This document shows positions 8,669 to 18,036 of a DNA stretch of 64,000 bases, in pieces. The stretch is from an uncultured Actinomycetota bacterium (GTDB taxonomy: Bacteria > Actinomycetota > Humimicrobiia > Humimicrobiales > Humimicrobiaceae). Location: the NCBI GenBank assembly GCA_964517765.1, contig CAZFEN010000005.1, forward strand, positions 5,430 through 69,429, read 5' to 3'. Position numbers and translations under genes: made by a program. A model generated the notes under the pieces. The model was not told the origin of the DNA. It did not search any database and was given only the letters and a program-made list of their open reading frames with translations. Position 1 is the stretch's first letter; every line of letters begins with the position of its first letter.

Positions 8669-10015
8669 TTGAAAAAAATATTAATTCTTACTTTGATTGC
8701 AGCTTTCATGATTTCAATGTTGTTTCTTGGAACTTCCTGCAAAGAAGAAGAAGCAGCAGCTGAAGAAGAAGTTGTAGCCGAAGAAGAAGAAGTTGCAGAA
8801 GAAGAAGAAGTAGTAGTAGCCGAGCCAGTTACTGTTACCTGGTGGCACATACAGACTGAAACAACCCAGGCAGCTTTATGGCAGGATTACGCTGACATGT
8901 ATATGGCTGAGAATCCAAATGTTACTGTTGAGGTTACAGTTTTGGAGAACGAAAACTTCAAGGCCAAACTGACTACAACTATGCAGACCGGCGAAGTACC
9001 TGATATTTTCCAGAGCTGGGGTGGTGGAACAATGAATGATCAGGCCGAAGCTGGATTACTGAAAGACATTACAGCATTTCTTGATGCAGATGGATGGCGT
9101 GATACATTCTCACCAGGTGCTCTGGGTGTTTATGCCTATAACGGAGTAAACTACGGTGTACCAAGAGATATGGGAATGGTTGGCTTCTGGTATAATACGG
9201 AAATATTTGCTGATGCAGGAATTGATAGTCCACCTGCCACCTGGACGGAGCTTCTTGAAGATGTCCAGACATTAAAAGATGCAGGTATTACTCCAATTTC
9301 TGTTGGCGCTGGAGATAAATGGCCAGCTGCTTTCTGGTGGGAATATCTTTGCGTACGTATTGGCGGCCAGGCAGCTTTTCTCGCAGCTGAATCAAGAGAA
9401 GGTTCCTTCACCGATGCTCCATTTGTAGAAGCAGGAGAAAAGATTCTTGAACTGGTTGATATGGATGCTTTCCAGGACGGTTTTCTTGCTTCAACATGGG
9501 GTGATGAAGCTACCCTTATGGGTAATAGCGAAGCAGCCATGGACCTTATGGGACAATGGGCCCCCGGTTCATTCAGAGAAAACAGCGCTGATGGCACGGG
9601 ACTGGATGGTAAAATAGGATGGTTCCCATTCCCGATGGTTGAAGGTGGAGCAGGCGGCGCAAGTGATGGATTAGGCGGAGGCAATGGATTCGTAGTTGGT
9701 AAAGACGCCCCTGATGAAGCTGTAGATTTTCTGAAATTTATAAGCAGTGTGGAGTGCCAGACGGCACAGGCTGAAATAGGTATGTCCGTACCTGTTGTAA
9801 CAGGTGCTGAAGTTGGACTGACTGATCCGACACTTCTGATGGTTCAACAGGGTGCAGCAGCTGCTGAATATTTCCAGCTGTACTATGATCAGTACCTTCC
9901 ACCGGCAATGGGTTCTGTAGTAAATGATGCTGTTCAGGCAATTTTTGGAGGTGCAATGACACCATTAGAAGCTGCTCAGATGGTTGAAGACTCGGCTGCA
10001 GTAGAATTGCAGTAA
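8669..10015 (+). CDS. Carbohydrate ABC transporter substrate-binding lipoprotein (extracellular solute-binding protein family 1)
   Basis: Lipobox LFLGTSC followed by an acidic E/A/V-rich linker, then a family-1 SBP fold (aromatic-rich WW/WGGG). TTG 8669 has a better SD spacing than ATG 8660. GC is clearly higher than in flanking genes. Confidence 0.85.
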   Translation: MKKILILTLIAAFMISMLFLGTSCKEEEAAAEEEVVAEEEEVAEEEEVVVAEPVTVTWWHIQTETTQAALWQDYADMYMAENPNVTVEVTVLENENFKAKLTTTMQTGEVPDIFQSWGGGTMNDQAEAGLLKDITAFLDADGWRDTFSPGALGVYAYNGVNYGVPRDMGMVGFWYNTEIFADAGIDSPPATWTELLEDVQTLKDAGITPISVGAGDKWPAAFWWEYLCVRIGGQAAFLAAESREGSFTDAPFVEAGEKILELVDMDAFQDGFLASTWGDEATLMGNSEAAMDLMGQWAPGSFRENSADGTGLDGKIGWFPFPMVEGGAGGASDGLGGGNGFVVGKDAPDEAVDFLKFISSVECQTAQAEIGMSVPVVTGAEVGLTDPTLLMVQQGAAAAEYFQLYYDQYLPPAMGSVVNDAVQAIFGGAMTPLEAAQMVEDSAAVELQ

Positions 10016-10039
10016 TAAATTTCTGAGTCTATATTTGAA

Positions 10040-10070
10040 AATGGGATTGGGCTTAATGCCCAATCCCATT
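10040..10070 (+). terminator. Intercistronic stem-loop AATGGGATTGGGC-ttaat-GCCCAATCCCATT directly after the SBP gene
   Basis: Perfect 13-bp stem seen in sequence; followed by an A-rich, not T-rich, tract. Confidence 0.5.
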
Positions 10071-10129
10071 AAATAAAAAAATATTAATAATTTTAATAAA
10101 AGATAGTATTATGTGTAAGGAGGCTCAAA

Positions 10130-11038
10130 ATAGAATCAACAAAGAGAATAAAACCCGGTGGTTTTAGTGTTGATAGAATAAAAATTTTTTTATTTTTAAT
10201 TCCAGCTGCTACACTTATACTTGTTTTCCTGGTTATTCCGATATTCCAATCTGGCTATTACAGTTTTTTTAACTGGAACGGAATGGGACCTGCAGAAGAT
10301 TTTATAGGAATGGCAAATTTTAAAACCTTATTTACCGATAAAATCTTTCTTAAGGCTGTAGCTAATAGTTTTATTATTGTTGCGCTATCATTATTCATAC
10401 AGCTCCCAATGGGCTTATTTCTGGCTATTTTGTTTGGACGCGGATTAAGGGGCCGTGCTTTTTTTAGAACGATCTTTTTCCTACCATATGTTTTCTCAGA
10501 AGCTATAGTTGCTGTTATGTGGCGGATTCTTTACAATCCAGAACCAAGCAGAGGTTTTATAAATGCAGTTTTTCAGGCATTTGGGTGGGAAACCCAGGCA
10601 TGGTTGGGAAACACAGACCTTGTTCTTTTTTCAATATTTATTGTGCTTACGTGGAAATATATTGGATTTCATATGCTTTTATATATAACAGGTCTGCAAA
10701 ACATCCCGAAAGATGTTGAAGAAGCAGCTTTGATCGATGGTGTAAACAAACGGCAGATGTTAACATATATAACCTTACCATTATTAAGCGGCACGATAAG
10801 AACATCGGTATATTTATCAGTTCTTGGTTCACTGCAGGTATATGCAATAGTATGGATTATGACCAAGGGTGGTCCGGTTAATGCAAGCGAGATTCTATCA
10901 ACATACATGTACCGCTTTAGTTTTGTGCGGTTCCAACTTGGTTACGGTGCAGCTGTGGCAATAATAATGTTAATTATTGCACTTATTTTTTCTATAACAT
11001 ACATGAGTTTTGTGCGCAGAACAGAACATATAGTATAG
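10130..11038 (+). CDS. Carbohydrate ABC transporter permease (MalF/UgpA-like, CUT1) with anomalous start
   Basis: TM protein with an EAA-like loop. The open frame extends upstream of the ORF-track ATG (10283) to 10093 and encodes a typical permease N-terminus (...KRIKPGGFSVDRIKIFLFLIPAATLILVFLVIPIFQSGYYSFFNWNG). No ATG/GTG/TTG in frame. A strong SD AAGGAGG (10117-10123) is followed by in-frame ATA at 10130. ATG 10111 is in the -1 frame. Confidence 0.7.
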   Translation: MESTKRIKPGGFSVDRIKIFLFLIPAATLILVFLVIPIFQSGYYSFFNWNGMGPAEDFIGMANFKTLFTDKIFLKAVANSFIIVALSLFIQLPMGLFLAILFGRGLRGRAFFRTIFFLPYVFSEAIVAVMWRILYNPEPSRGFINAVFQAFGWETQAWLGNTDLVLFSIFIVLTWKYIGFHMLLYITGLQNIPKDVEEAALIDGVNKRQMLTYITLPLLSGTIRTSVYLSVLGSLQVYAIVWIMTKGGPVNASEILSTYMYRFSFVRFQLGYGAAVAIIMLIIALIFSITYMSFVRRTEHIV

Positions 11039-11051
11039 AAAGGATTGATTT

Positions 11052-11909
11052 ATGTCATATGACGGTACAAAAAAAAGTACAAATTTTAAAAATATAATTC
11101 TGGTAACATTAAAATATGTTGTTCTCATATCGGCTCTACTTTTTATTATTGTTCCGATAATAATTATTATATTTGGCGGATTAAAAACACGTGGTGAATT
11201 TTATACTATTCCTTATATTCCCCCCATACCGCCTAGATGGGGAAATATTGCGAGTATTTTAAATATGCCGGTTTTCTGGTATATGTTGCGTAATAGTGTG
11301 GTGGTAACAGTCACAGGCACGGTCATAGTAATAGTCGTTGCTTCAATGTCAGCTTTTGTATTTGCCCGTATGAATTTTAAAAGGAAGGGCGCTTTATTTC
11401 AATTTTTTACTCTCGGTCTAATGTTTCCGGCTACCGTGGCTATTTTACCGATTTTCCTTATAATAAGACAGCTAGGTTTACAAAATAATCTGATAGGGGT
11501 AATACTTGTCCTGGCGACATTCCAGGTTTCTATGTCAACCGTAATCCTTCGCAATTTTTTTATGGAAGTTCCTTCAGAACTTCATGATGCCGCACTCATA
11601 GATGGGTGCAATACAATAGGATTTTTCAGGAGAATACTGCTCCCACTGGCAAAGCCATCACTGGCTGCAGTGGCGTCTTTATCTGTGGTTAATATATGGA
11701 ATGATTTGCTGGTAGCACTGGTTCTGCTAGATTCAGAAAAGTTATGGACATTGCAGCTTGGAACAATGCAATTTCAGGGTCAGTATGGGCAGGATTTATC
11801 TCTGGTGTCGGCGTTTCTTATTTTAGCAGCTGTACCTGCCGTAATATTTTACATATTTGCCCAGCGTCATATTGTTTCAGGATTAACCGCAGGTTCAATA
11901 AAAGGTTAA
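11052..11909 (+). CDS. Carbohydrate ABC transporter permease (MalG/UgpE-like, CUT1)
   Basis: 6-TM permease with an EAA motif region (SELHDAALIDGCN). Confidence 0.85.
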   Translation: MSYDGTKKSTNFKNIILVTLKYVVLISALLFIIVPIIIIIFGGLKTRGEFYTIPYIPPIPPRWGNIASILNMPVFWYMLRNSVVVTVTGTVIVIVVASMSAFVFARMNFKRKGALFQFFTLGLMFPATVAILPIFLIIRQLGLQNNLIGVILVLATFQVSMSTVILRNFFMEVPSELHDAALIDGCNTIGFFRRILLPLAKPSLAAVASLSVVNIWNDLLVALVLLDSEKLWTLQLGTMQFQGQYGQDLSLVSAFLILAAVPAVIFYIFAQRHIVSGLTAGSIKG

Positions 11910-12131
11910 TTATATAGAAATATCATTAAATATAAGGTTATTCACAAGTTATTCAAATTTTAAGAAAATCCATAAAATATTGAATCCTATATTCCTGATA
12001 ATAATTATTTTTTTATATAAAATTTACATGAAAGGAATCATAAGATAGATAAAAATAATGATAAACAAAAAAAAGATTATCCTGAGAAGAATCATATAGT
12101 AGATAAAAAAGTAAAGAATCTTTTATCACTC

Positions 12132-14417
12132 ATGACTCTGGATGAAAAAATTGCTCAGCTTGGTAGTCTCTGGGTGTATGAAATATTAGATAATAAAGAT
12201 TTTTCCAGTAAAAAGGCAGATACTCTATTTAAATATGGTATTGGACAGATAACCCGTCTGGCCGGTGCAAGTAATTTTAGTCCGGACGAATCCGCCAGAA
12301 CAGCTAACCGTATACAAAAATACCTGATTACGCATACCCGTCTTGGAATTCCGGCTATCATCCATGAAGAATCCTGCAGCGGATATATGGCAAAAGGAGC
12401 AACCTGCTTTCCTCAGATTATAGGAGCGGCCAGTACATGGGAACCTGAACTGATAGAGTCAATGGGGAGTGTAATAAAGGACCAGATGAGATCAGTGGGC
12501 GCCCATCAGGCTCTTGCCCCCGTGCTGGATATTACACGTGATGCAAGATGGGGAAGGGTTGAAGAGACTTTTGGGGAAGATCCCTATCTTGTTTCGAGAA
12601 TGGGAGTATCTTATATAAAAGGGATCCAGGGCCGGAACTGGACGAAAGGTATAATGGCAACCGGCAAACACTTTGCAGGACACGGTGTTCCGGAGGGAGG
12701 TATGAACTGCGCGCCACCGCATATACTGCCGAGAGAATTGCGCGAAGTATTCCTTGCGCCTTTTGAAGCAGCCGTCAAAGAAGCAGGTATTGCCTCCATA
12801 ATGCCTGCTTATCATGAACTGGATGGTATTCCCTGTCACAGCTCAAAAAAAATGTTGGGAGAAATATTGAGAGATGAGTTAGGCTTTGAAGGACTGTTAG
12901 TATCCGATTATTATGGGATAAATATGCTGTATGATTACCATCATATTGCAAAGGATAAGATCGATGCAGCAAAGTTGGCACTCGAATCAGGTATTGATAT
13001 AGAATTTCCGAGTACCGATTATTATGGAAAAACATTGAAAGCTGCAGCTAAAAAGGGTTTTATCAAGGAATCATTAATTGATATATCTGTCATGAGGGTG
13101 CTTAAAATGAAATTTTTACTTGGACTGTTTGAGAATCCTTATGTAGATGAGAAAAAGGCCGCCAGTATATTTGATACGACAGAACAGAGAGCACTTGCCC
13201 GTGAAATAGCACAAAAATCGATTATACTATTAAAAAACCAGGGTGATTTACTTCCTGTAAAAAAAGATGTCAAGTCGATTGCTGTAATTGGACCGAGTGC
13301 AAATACCGCAAGAAATATTATTGGTGATTATGCATATCCATGCCATATGGAAGCATTAGTCGAGATGAGAAAGAGTGCGGTAATTTTTAATACACCTATA
13401 CCTGAAAAGATAGAATTGGTTGACAGCTTTGTTCCAATCTCCAGTATACTGGAAGGGATAAAAAATAGAGTCAGCGGCAAAACTATTGTCCGCTATGCAA
13501 AAGGTTGTGATATTAGAAGCAATTCCAGGGATGGTTTTGCCGAAGCTATTGAAGCTGCAAAAAAATCGGAAGTGGCAGTTGTGGCTGTAGGAGATAAATC
13601 CGGTCTTGTTGAGGATTGTACGAGCGGGGAAACCAGAGACAGGGCTGATCTTGATCTGCCGGGGATACAGGAGGAACTCGTAAAAGTCCTTTATGAAACC
13701 GGCACACCCATAATTATCGTATTAATAAATGGAAGGCCATTATCCATAAATTGGATTGCCGGGAAAATACCAGCAATAATAGAAGCATGGTTGCCCGGCG
13801 AAGAAGGAGCCAATGCGGTTACCGATGTATTATTCGGGGATTATAACCCGGGGGGCAAACTGCCTATATCTTTTCCGAGATCGGTGGGGCAGGTTCCTGT
13901 ATATTACAATCACAAACCATCCGGTGGACGTTCTTACCGGAAAGGTGATTATGTAGAGATGAGCAGCAAACCACTGTTTCCATTTGGTCATGGTCTAAGC
14001 TATACCAGTTTTGAATATAGCCATATGATTATAACGCCGGAAAACGTATCCATAGACGGTCAGGTTGAAATAAGTATTGATATAAAGAATGCCGGGTCCT
14101 ATGCGGGAGATGAGGTTATGCAGCTGTATGTAAACGATGTGCAGTCTGAGATAACAAGACCTGTAAAGGAACTAAAGGGTTTTAAGAGAATTACCCTGAA
14201 ACCTGGTCAGAAAAAGACTATTACATTTGTTTTATCAATAACGCAATTAGGTTTCTATAACAAGGACATGAAGTATGTTGTAGAACCAGGAACTATAAAA
14301 GTTATGCTTGGGAATTCTTCAGAGAATATCGTTTCAACAGGAGAATTTGAAATAACCGGTGCAGTAACAGAAATAAGCGATAAGAAGAAATATTTCACAT
14401 CAGTAAGAGTTAAATGA
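12132..14417 (+). CDS. Glycoside hydrolase family 3 beta-glucosidase/beta-xylosidase (BglX-like)
   Basis: GH3 N-terminal (KHFAGHG, catalytic region GFEGLLVSDYYG) and C-terminal domains plus an FnIII-like tail; 761 aa. Confidence 0.9.
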   Translation: MTLDEKIAQLGSLWVYEILDNKDFSSKKADTLFKYGIGQITRLAGASNFSPDESARTANRIQKYLITHTRLGIPAIIHEESCSGYMAKGATCFPQIIGAASTWEPELIESMGSVIKDQMRSVGAHQALAPVLDITRDARWGRVEETFGEDPYLVSRMGVSYIKGIQGRNWTKGIMATGKHFAGHGVPEGGMNCAPPHILPRELREVFLAPFEAAVKEAGIASIMPAYHELDGIPCHSSKKMLGEILRDELGFEGLLVSDYYGINMLYDYHHIAKDKIDAAKLALESGIDIEFPSTDYYGKTLKAAAKKGFIKESLIDISVMRVLKMKFLLGLFENPYVDEKKAASIFDTTEQRALAREIAQKSIILLKNQGDLLPVKKDVKSIAVIGPSANTARNIIGDYAYPCHMEALVEMRKSAVIFNTPIPEKIELVDSFVPISSILEGIKNRVSGKTIVRYAKGCDIRSNSRDGFAEAIEAAKKSEVAVVAVGDKSGLVEDCTSGETRDRADLDLPGIQEELVKVLYETGTPIIIVLINGRPLSINWIAGKIPAIIEAWLPGEEGANAVTDVLFGDYNPGGKLPISFPRSVGQVPVYYNHKPSGGRSYRKGDYVEMSSKPLFPFGHGLSYTSFEYSHMIITPENVSIDGQVEISIDIKNAGSYAGDEVMQLYVNDVQSEITRPVKELKGFKRITLKPGQKKTITFVLSITQLGFYNKDMKYVVEPGTIKVMLGNSSENIVSTGEFEITGAVTEISDKKKYFTSVRVK

Positions 14418-14469
14418 CGAGTGAAAGCTAAAGTGGTAGCTAATATTATTGAGGAATAAAGGAATTAAA

Positions 14470-15486
14470 ATGAAAGCAGCTATATTAAAAAAGCCGAAAG
14501 AAATAATCATAAAAGATATTCCCGAACCAGAATACGGTGATAATGAGATCTTGATAAATATAAAGGAGGTAGGTCTTTGTGGAAGTGATGTGCATTACTA
14601 TAACACTGGTAGAATTGGGGATTTTATAGTAGAAAAACCCATAATTTTAGGACATGAAAGTTCCGGGATTATTGCAGAAGTTGGGAAAAATGTAAAAGGT
14701 CTAAAAGTAGGAGATAGAGTAACAATTGAGCCGGGAGTTCCCTGCTACAGTTGCAACTACTGCAAAAAGGGGGATTATAATTTATGTCCAAATATAAGAT
14801 TTATGGCCACCCCTCCTTATGACGGGGCATTTGTGGAATATGTGGCTTATGATCCCAATTTTGTTTATAAATTACCTAGTAATGTTTCCTTTACCTCGGG
14901 GGCTCTTATAGAACCACTTTCAGTTGGGTACAGTGCTTCAAAAAGAGCAAAAATTGGCCCAGGAGATAAGGTACTTATTTTAGGTTCAGGGCCTATCGCA
15001 ATTTCAATCCTGGAGATAACCAAAACATTTGGAGCTTCCAGAATTTATATTACCGATATTAATGACTTCAGGTTGGAGATAGCCAAAAAACATGGAGCAT
15101 ATAAAACAATAAATATTAGAAAACAGGATATATTTAAGGAACTTGAAGATATTAAAATAGACTCGGTTATTGAAGCTTCAGGGGTAGAAAGCTCTATTAT
15201 AAATTCTATAAAGTTGGTAAAGCCAGAAGGGACAGTAGTCTGGGTAGGAATGGGAAAAGATGATATTGAAATTCCGTATTCTAAACTTACTTCCAAAGAT
15301 CTAACCGTAGAAGGTATCTTTAGATATAGGAATACCTATCCTTCGATAATCAGTCTGCTTGAAGAGAAAAAGGTTAATATTGAAGATATTGCCACTCATT
15401 ATTTTAAACTTGATGAAATTGATAAAGCTTTTAATGTGGCTAATAATCCTAATGCTGACAAAATGAAAATTATAATTAGGATTTAA
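14470..15486 (+). CDS. Zn-dependent medium-chain dehydrogenase (sorbitol/xylitol/L-iditol dehydrogenase-like)
   Basis: GHESSGIIAEVG zinc-ADH motif, structural-zinc Cys cluster (CYSCNYCKKGDYNLC) and GSGPIA Rossmann. Met at 14470 follows an AGGAA SD and is preferred over 14449. Confidence 0.8.
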   Translation: MKAAILKKPKEIIIKDIPEPEYGDNEILINIKEVGLCGSDVHYYNTGRIGDFIVEKPIILGHESSGIIAEVGKNVKGLKVGDRVTIEPGVPCYSCNYCKKGDYNLCPNIRFMATPPYDGAFVEYVAYDPNFVYKLPSNVSFTSGALIEPLSVGYSASKRAKIGPGDKVLILGSGPIAISILEITKTFGASRIYITDINDFRLEIAKKHGAYKTINIRKQDIFKELEDIKIDSVIEASGVESSIINSIKLVKPEGTVVWVGMGKDDIEIPYSKLTSKDLTVEGIFRYRNTYPSIISLLEEKKVNIEDIATHYFKLDEIDKAFNVANNPNADKMKIIIRI

Positions 15487-15536
15487 AAAATTTTTATTAT
15501 AATGATAGAAAAAAATTCATTTTAATAAATACGAGT

Positions 15537-15977
15537 ATGGCATTTCTCTATGAAGTAATAATTTGTTTTGTATTCATGACTATTTTTTATGTTATAAGAA
15601 GGGTAAATTCCCTGGGTGCTGCACCAGGATTTATTGAAGGATTATACACGGTTATTAGATTTGGTTTAATTGTCGGGGCTTTGTTTGGATTTATATTTGC
15701 TGTCATTTTAGGGATGCTGTACAGACCTTTCAGAAGTATTGTTTTTTTTAGAGAAGAAGATAATTTTTTGGCTGCTTTAAATGCAGCTGTGGTGAGAATT
15801 AATTATAAATTTAGCAAACAGGATAATAACTTTTATATTTTCAGGGAAAAGAAAAACAAACTTGCCGATATCCAGGTCAGGATAGATGATAGTAAAGCAA
15901 CAATTTACGGGCATTTTAGTAAGGTTAAAAATTTGAATAGATACCTCCCGGGACAGTCTCCATTAAATCTAAAATAA
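15537..15977 (+). CDS. Hypothetical membrane protein (2 predicted TM helices plus a soluble tail)
   Basis: ORF only; no recognisable motif. Confidence 0.35.
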   Translation: MAFLYEVIICFVFMTIFYVIRRVNSLGAAPGFIEGLYTVIRFGLIVGALFGFIFAVILGMLYRPFRSIVFFREEDNFLAALNAAVVRINYKFSKQDNNFYIFREKKNKLADIQVRIDDSKATIYGHFSKVKNLNRYLPGQSPLNLK

Positions 15978-16154
15978 TCCTAAAACATCTTATTTTTATT
16001 ATAAGATGTTTTCGATAACAGAGATTTTTAATATTTAATTATGTTTTCAGAAAATATTTAGTATAATCATAAAAATAATAAATTTACCTGATTAATATAT
16101 CTTTCTAATTTATGCGTATTTTATAAAAAACTACAAGGAAATAAGGAGTAAATT

Positions 16155-18026
16155 ATGAATGAAGATTTGAAAATAATAAAAGAAAGATGTGACAGTAAAA
16201 ATTATGAAAAAATAGTCGAAATAAAAAATGACTATGTTTTTAAATTTGTTGCAAAATTCATAAAACTTCTAAATCCCGGATCAGTATTTGTCTGTGAAGA
16301 TTCTCTGAGTGATTTCGATTACATAAGAGAAAAAACCATAAGAGATGGTGAGGAAAAGAAGCTCTCGACAGGAGGGCATACGGTTCATTTTGACAGCTAT
16401 TACGATCAGGGAAGAGACAAAGAGCATACAAGACTTCTGGTCCCAAAGGGATTTTACCTGGATCCAAATCTGGATACAATGGACAAGGAAACAGGGATCA
16501 AAGAAATCCTGGGTATTCTGGAAAATATAATGCGGGGAAAAGAATTATATATACTTTTTTTCTCTCTGGGACCGGTTAATTCCAATTTCTCTATTCCTGC
16601 CATTCAATTAACTGATTCAAGCTATGTTGCACATTCAGAAATCATACTTTACAGATCAGGATATCAGGAATTCAAAAGATTAGGGAACTATAAAGATTTT
16701 TTTCAATTCGTACATTCGGCCGGAGAAATCAAAGATGGTGTAAGTATAAATATCGATAAAAGAAGAATATACATGGATACGGAAGAAGACATCGTATATT
16801 CTGTAAATACTCAATATGGAGGAAATACTATCGGACACAAGAAGCTTGCAATGCGTCTCGGAATAAATAAAGCCTCAAAGGAAAATTGGCTGACGGAACA
16901 TATGTTTATTTCCGGAATACATGGACCCGGAGGTAGAGTGACATACTTTACCGGTGCTTTTCCATCAATGTGCGGGAAGACCTCAACAGCGATGATATCA
17001 GGTGAAACAATAGTCGGGGATGATATCGTTTATATTAAAAATATAAATAATAAGGTATATGCGGTCAATGTGGAAATAGGTATTTTTGGGATAATAGAAG
17101 ACATTAATCATGTGGACGATCCTTCCATATGGAAAGTTCTAAACGAACCAAACGAAATCATATTTTCAAATATACTGGTAACCGAAGATGGAACTGCTTA
17201 CTGGGTAGGAAAGCCGGGAAAGGTACCTGAAAAAGGAATAAACCATTCCGGGCAGTGGTATCAGGGTAAGAAGGATACCGAAGGAAATTTGATTCCGCCT
17301 TCTCATAAGAATGCAAGATTTACCGTAAATCTTAAAAATCTGGATAATCTTGATGTAAATTATGATAATCCTGAGGGTGTCGAGATAAAAGGGGTAATAT
17401 ACGGCGGAAGAGATTCGGATACGCTGGCTCCACTGCTCGAGGCATACAACTGGAATCATGGAATAATAAGTATGGGTGCTTCTCTTGAATCAGAAACAAC
17501 TGCAGCTACTCTTGGTAAAACGGGTGTGAGAACCTTCAATCCCATGTCTAATCTTGATTTTCTTTCGATTCCGGTAGGAAAGTATATAGATATCAACCTG
17601 AAGTTCGGCCAGTCACTGAAGAATCCACCCAAAATATTCAGCGTTAATTATTTTCTTATGGACAGCGAAGGTAATTATCTAAATGAAAGGGCTGACAAAA
17701 GGGTATGGCTGAAGTGGATGGAACTTCGTATTCATGAAGAAGTGAAAGCAATCGATATCGGTACGGGTTTTATTCCACTGTATGATGACCTTAAAGTGTT
17801 ATTTAAGGATGTTCTGGGAAAGAACTACAGCCAGGAGGAATACATAAAACAATTTACTTTAAGGATTCCTGAAAATATTTCGAAAATAGATAGGATCTTA
17901 AAAATTTATACCGGCCTGGGTTCTGGAGTTCCTGATATATTGTTCAGGATTCTGAAGGAACAGAAAATTAGACTCGAGATTTTGAAAAATAAAAAGGGAG
18001 AATACCTTTCTCCGCTATCATTTTAA
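16155..18026 (+). CDS. pckG: Phosphoenolpyruvate carboxykinase (GTP)
   Basis: FPSMCGKTSTAM matches the kinase-1a motif FPSACGKTN. YGGNTIGHKK and the overall 623-aa length match GTP-PEPCK. Confidence 0.9.
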   Translation: MNEDLKIIKERCDSKNYEKIVEIKNDYVFKFVAKFIKLLNPGSVFVCEDSLSDFDYIREKTIRDGEEKKLSTGGHTVHFDSYYDQGRDKEHTRLLVPKGFYLDPNLDTMDKETGIKEILGILENIMRGKELYILFFSLGPVNSNFSIPAIQLTDSSYVAHSEIILYRSGYQEFKRLGNYKDFFQFVHSAGEIKDGVSINIDKRRIYMDTEEDIVYSVNTQYGGNTIGHKKLAMRLGINKASKENWLTEHMFISGIHGPGGRVTYFTGAFPSMCGKTSTAMISGETIVGDDIVYIKNINNKVYAVNVEIGIFGIIEDINHVDDPSIWKVLNEPNEIIFSNILVTEDGTAYWVGKPGKVPEKGINHSGQWYQGKKDTEGNLIPPSHKNARFTVNLKNLDNLDVNYDNPEGVEIKGVIYGGRDSDTLAPLLEAYNWNHGIISMGASLESETTAATLGKTGVRTFNPMSNLDFLSIPVGKYIDINLKFGQSLKNPPKIFSVNYFLMDSEGNYLNERADKRVWLKWMELRIHEEVKAIDIGTGFIPLYDDLKVLFKDVLGKNYSQEEYIKQFTLRIPENISKIDRILKIYTGLGSGVPDILFRILKEQKIRLEILKNKKGEYLSPLSF

Positions 18027-18036
18027 CTGCTTTTTA

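Noticed and set aside
9151-9684. 177-aa minus-strand ORF (also 9069-9272 and 9738-9965) inside the second SBP gene
   Set aside because: Antisense to a confidently identified SBP gene in a locally GC-rich stretch, where long spurious ORFs are expected. Pro/Ser/Ala-rich low-complexity translation.
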